Below, one piece after another: positions 60,758 through 64,000 of a DNA stretch of 64,000 nt. The number at the start of each line of letters is the position of its first letter. Position 1 is the first letter of the stretch. Source of the DNA: an uncultured virus (IMG/VR IMGVR_UViG_3300031539_000016) (lineage: Duplodnaviria > Heunggongvirae > Uroviricota > Caudoviricetes); the IMG/VR virus record IMGVR_UViG_3300031539_000016; one strand, written 5' to 3'. A model generated the notes under the pieces. That model did no database searches, was not told the DNA's origin, and was given only the letters and a program-made list of their open reading frames with translations. Both the position numbers and the translations under genes were made by a program.

Positions 60758-61393
60758 ATGGGGTGGACCAAAGAAAGATGGGATGCAGAAATTGGTGATG
60801 TAAGAAAGTTATATTCAAAAGATCCCTTAGAAATCTATGGCCGTAAATATTATGGCCGTCGAAGAAAGATGAGAGAGTGGGAGATGGCATCCGGTAAAGC
60901 TTTATCTCAAGCCCTTAAACCAGAATCTATAATTGATTTCGGCTGTGGTTTAGGGGCTTATCTTGAAGGGGCACTCCAAGCAAATACAAAAAGAGTGCTT
61001 GGTATAGATATAGGCTACGACATTTCAAAAGAATTTATTCCAGAATATATGCAGGGGTACATAAAGAAGGGGCATGTTGGAAGAAAGATTGATTATGGTA
61101 AATGGGATTGTGCTCTTTCTATTGAAGTTGCGGAACATTTATTACCAGAGGAGGAAGATATATTTATTGAAAATTTAGTAAATGCTTCTTCTAGATTAAT
61201 AGTACTTACAGCAGCATATAGTTTTAGTTATATGCATATTAACGCTGGAAAAACGCCAGAATATTGGGCTAACAAACTTGTTGAAGCTGGTTGCAGATTA
61301 TTACCTGAAGAAAAAAAGAAATTACAAGAGGCTTGGATTGGTAAGTGTAGGAAACACATCATTAAAAAAGTTATAGTTGCTGAGGTGCTGTAG
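60758..61393 (+). CDS. class I SAM methyltransferase
   Basis: IIDFGCGLG, VLGID, SIEVAEHL. Confidence 0.85.
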   Translation: MGWTKERWDAEIGDVRKLYSKDPLEIYGRKYYGRRRKMREWEMASGKALSQALKPESIIDFGCGLGAYLEGALQANTKRVLGIDIGYDISKEFIPEYMQGYIKKGHVGRKIDYGKWDCALSIEVAEHLLPEEEDIFIENLVNASSRLIVLTAAYSFSYMHINAGKTPEYWANKLVEAGCRLLPEEKKKLQEAWIGKCRKHIIKKVIVAEVL

Positions 61394-62073
61394 TGGGATT
61401 ACATTTTAAAGATATAAAATATTTTGAAGAGATGTCAGATTATTTAAAACATAAAAAATACATTGGAAGTTTTAACGGTTTAAGATTGTGTGAGTTTGGC
61501 GATTTATGGATTAGATCAGATTTGCATGAGTATATGCGCCATCGATTAGCTAGACAGTATTTTGAAAGCAAAGGTTTTGAAGTTAGTGTTATAGATTTGG
61601 GGGTAGGTACAGAAGATATTAAAGCATCTGAAAAAAGAACAGGTACCCCTATTTTACGATATGATCTATCTAAGCCTATTACAGATAAACTAAACGAGTT
61701 TGATTTTATAGTTGATTTTGGTACAGCTGAACATATAGAGAATCAATATGAGTTGAATAAAAATATACATAATTTATGTAAAGTAGGCGGTATTATTATA
61801 CGTTCTAATCCTTCAGACAAGTATAGCGGGGGGTATTTTCCTAAACATCACGGGCTATTTCACTATACTCATGCTTTTTATACAAAGCTTTCCCAGCTTT
61901 GTAAATATAAGATAGTTGATATTAGAGAAACGGCTCAAAAATATTGGCCTAGTGATATACCGGGTAGAAAGAATTTTACATATGTAACTATAATAAAAAC
62001 TGAAAATTGTGGTTTTCCATCAATAGATGATTTTAATAAAATAGCTGTTGAGTTGGGGCGGTATAAGAAATGA
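61393..62073 (+). CDS. class I SAM methyltransferase
   Basis: LCEFGD, FDFIVDFGTAEHI, KVGGIII. Confidence 0.75.
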   Translation: MGLHFKDIKYFEEMSDYLKHKKYIGSFNGLRLCEFGDLWIRSDLHEYMRHRLARQYFESKGFEVSVIDLGVGTEDIKASEKRTGTPILRYDLSKPITDKLNEFDFIVDFGTAEHIENQYELNKNIHNLCKVGGIIIRSNPSDKYSGGYFPKHHGLFHYTHAFYTKLSQLCKYKIVDIRETAQKYWPSDIPGRKNFTYVTIIKTENCGFPSIDDFNKIAVELGRYKK

Positions 62074-62981
62074 AAATCTTACTTGTCGGCTGGAACAGAC
62101 TTGGGAAACGTAAGAAAGGTAACTGGAATCACGAATTATTTAGAAGAGAAATGGCTAGACAGCACGAGGTTGTATTTTTTGGTATAGGATATGAAGGATA
62201 TAATAGTAAGCTAACAGTACCAGATGTTTTAAAAATTTATCCTGGTGTAGATGCTGTGTTAACTCATTTTGAACACCGCGATAGAGCTTTAGCTCCAGGG
62301 CTTGAAGATGTAAAAAATGTTTTAAAGGTTCATATAATGGGAGGAGATTACGATGAGTCATCTTTTAGAAGTTATGACGCTCATTTTCATAAAGTTAAGT
62401 ATGATATAATTTTTCCTAGGTATAGTTTACAGACAAGAACTTTAAAAGAACGTAATATTGGTGGCAACCATTATCTTTTGCCATGGTCTGTTGATATAAA
62501 CAAGTATTATAAGTACGGGGTTGAAAAAACTGTAGATGTTATGATGTCATCCCAAATAAATCGGTCGCACCCTAATAGATATAAATTAAAAAGAATGATA
62601 GCTAAAATGGATGTGAATTCTTTTTTACAAAAAATTCTTTTCGAAAAATATATTCAGAAGATTAATGAGTCGAAAATATTTGCTACATGTAATATAAAAG
62701 AAGGTGAGTTAACTGGTAAATATAGTGAAGTAATGGCTTGTGGAACTTTTTTATTAACAACTCGACCAGACGATTTACATATACTTGGTTATAAAAATAA
62801 AAAACATTTAGTTCTTTATAAAAAAGATTTCAGTGATCTAGAAGCTAAAATAAAATATTTTCTTAAACATGAAGATGTAAGAGAATATATTGCAAAAAAT
62901 GGGATGAAGTTTGTTAGGAAACACCATAACCACGAAGTTAGAGTTAAAGAGTTTGCAGAGATAGTGGAGAAGGAATTGTAA
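62070..62981 (+). CDS. glycosyltransferase (CgeB / Glyco_trans_1_2-like), paralog of 57645
   Basis: ELFRR....H.V, INESKIF, KYSEVMACGTFLLT, IAKNGMKFV. Confidence 0.85.
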   Translation: MKILLVGWNRLGKRKKGNWNHELFRREMARQHEVVFFGIGYEGYNSKLTVPDVLKIYPGVDAVLTHFEHRDRALAPGLEDVKNVLKVHIMGGDYDESSFRSYDAHFHKVKYDIIFPRYSLQTRTLKERNIGGNHYLLPWSVDINKYYKYGVEKTVDVMMSSQINRSHPNRYKLKRMIAKMDVNSFLQKILFEKYIQKINESKIFATCNIKEGELTGKYSEVMACGTFLLTTRPDDLHILGYKNKKHLVLYKKDFSDLEAKIKYFLKHEDVREYIAKNGMKFVRKHHNHEVRVKEFAEIVEKEL

Positions 62982-62997
62982 GAGGAGTAGATTAAGA

Positions 62998-63537
62998 ATG
63001 ACTACAAAGTATAAAAAACATCAATATATTATTGAAGATGTTATTAAAGAAAACAATTTTAAAATTATAGCTGAGATTGGAATATATAATGGGACTATGA
63101 CAGATCATATATTGACTACATGTGAATCTGTAAACGAATATTGGGCTATTGATCAATGGATCGCATTATCTGAAAAGCACGATAAGCTGGCTAATATGAC
63201 AGAACAGGATTGGTATGCTAAATACTGTATGGTGTGTAAATTACTATTGACACACAAAGCATTGAGAATTTTAAAGATGACATCTGTTGACGCTGCTAAG
63301 TTATTTCCTGATAATTATTTTGACTTTGTGTTTATAGATGCCAGCCATTTTTATGAGGATACAAAAACAGACATACTTGCATGGCATCCTAAAGTAAAAA
63401 TTGGTAAGATGTTGGCCGGGCATGATTATGGCAGAGGCGGTCAGAGAGGGTTTGGTGTTGAAAAAGCAGTCGATGAAATTTTTGGTAGTGGTAGTGTAGA
63501 AATACTGGGAAAGTCTACGTGGGTTAAAAGAATTTAA
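62998..63537 (+). CDS. class I SAM methyltransferase (Methyltransf_24-like)
   Basis: AEIGIYNG, YWAIDQW, FDFVFIDASH, AGHDY. Confidence 0.88.
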   Translation: MTTKYKKHQYIIEDVIKENNFKIIAEIGIYNGTMTDHILTTCESVNEYWAIDQWIALSEKHDKLANMTEQDWYAKYCMVCKLLLTHKALRILKMTSVDAAKLFPDNYFDFVFIDASHFYEDTKTDILAWHPKVKIGKMLAGHDYGRGGQRGFGVEKAVDEIFGSGSVEILGKSTWVKRI

Positions 63538-63552
63538 ATTAAAGGAGTTAAT

Positions 63553-64000
63553 ATGTATTATATTGATATGGATTCAGGGGTTTGGAGCTTAGACACTGCA
63601 AAAAAGCGGCATAGATATGATTCTAAATTAGCAGATTATATAGCAATGTCGTATAAGAATATAGCTTCAGTTGCAGATGTTGGTTGTGGTACAGGCAATT
63701 ATTGTAAATGTTTAAAGGATAGTGGTATTCCCATTGTTCATGGATATGAAGGCACTGTTGGTATAAAAGAAATAGCGGTATATGATGATATTATGACAGT
63801 TGATTTAACTAAACGTAGGTGGGTTGGGATTAATTACGATTTAGTTATATGTTTAGAAGTAGGCGAGCACGTTCCTAAAAATTATGAGCAAGTGTTTATT
63901 GATAATGTTTGTAGGTATGTTAGTAAAGACTTAATTCTTAGCTGGGCAGTGCCTGGACAAGGAGGAGCTGGTCATTTTAATGAATTATCTAACGAATATG
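63553..64000 (+). CDS. class I SAM methyltransferase, truncated by window end (not in ORF track)
   Basis: my translation: MYYIDM...VADVGCGTG...CLEVGEHVP...SWAVPGQGGAGHFNE. Confidence 0.85.
   Translation, partial: MYYIDMDSGVWSLDTAKKRHRYDSKLADYIAMSYKNIASVADVGCGTGNYCKCLKDSGIPIVHGYEGTVGIKEIAVYDDIMTVDLTKRRWVGINYDLVICLEVGEHVPKNYEQVFIDNVCRYVSKDLILSWAVPGQGGAGHFNELSNEY

Noticed and set aside
10638..64000. Genome-wide TAG recoding (alternative genetic code) suggested by the CUA tRNA
   Set aside because: Long genes are intact under the standard code, and TAG is used as the stop of clpP, the portal gene and others, with next genes starting soon after.
54650..64000. Host LPS/capsule locus marking a prophage boundary
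   Set aside because: Continuous with virion genes in strand, composition and packing; no transport, polymerase or nucleotide-sugar genes seen.

Overview
This 64 kb window looks like part of a large tailed dsDNA phage genome; I see no host housekeeping genes and no integrase. It has four parts. (1) 1-10.4 kb: a visibly more GC-rich leftward (- strand) block of small genes (SSB-like, NADAR, DUF6011-like, 3D-domain) containing several structured non-coding elements. (2) 10.6-39 kb: an AT-rich rightward accessory block driven by six copies of a CTAGCA-N17-TATAAT promoter-like motif. It carries methyltransferases, HNH endonucleases, a metacaspase, a GH108 endolysin, four tRNA genes, a PTH2-like hydrolase, an HTH initiator-like gene with iterons, ClpP, an actin-like ATPase, a cold-shock gene split by a group I intron, a dNMP kinase and NusG. 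(3) 39.4-54 kb: packaging and head genes (intein-containing TerL, probable portal, protease, scaffold, major capsid). (4) 54.6-64 kb: 3 glycosyltransferases and 9 SAM methyltransferases. The most striking feature is a compact translation cassette at 27.7-28.5 kb: an SD-led mini-ORF with two in-frame TAG codons ending in an RGPP arrest-like motif, then an unknown protein, a PTH2-like hydrolase and an atypical CUA-anticodon (amber) tRNA, in a genome that otherwise uses TAG as stop. Also notable are the ORF-less group I intron in csp overlapped by an upstream HNH gene, and a duplicated hairpin with compensatory base changes. Protein calls come from motif recognition by eye, not database searches.
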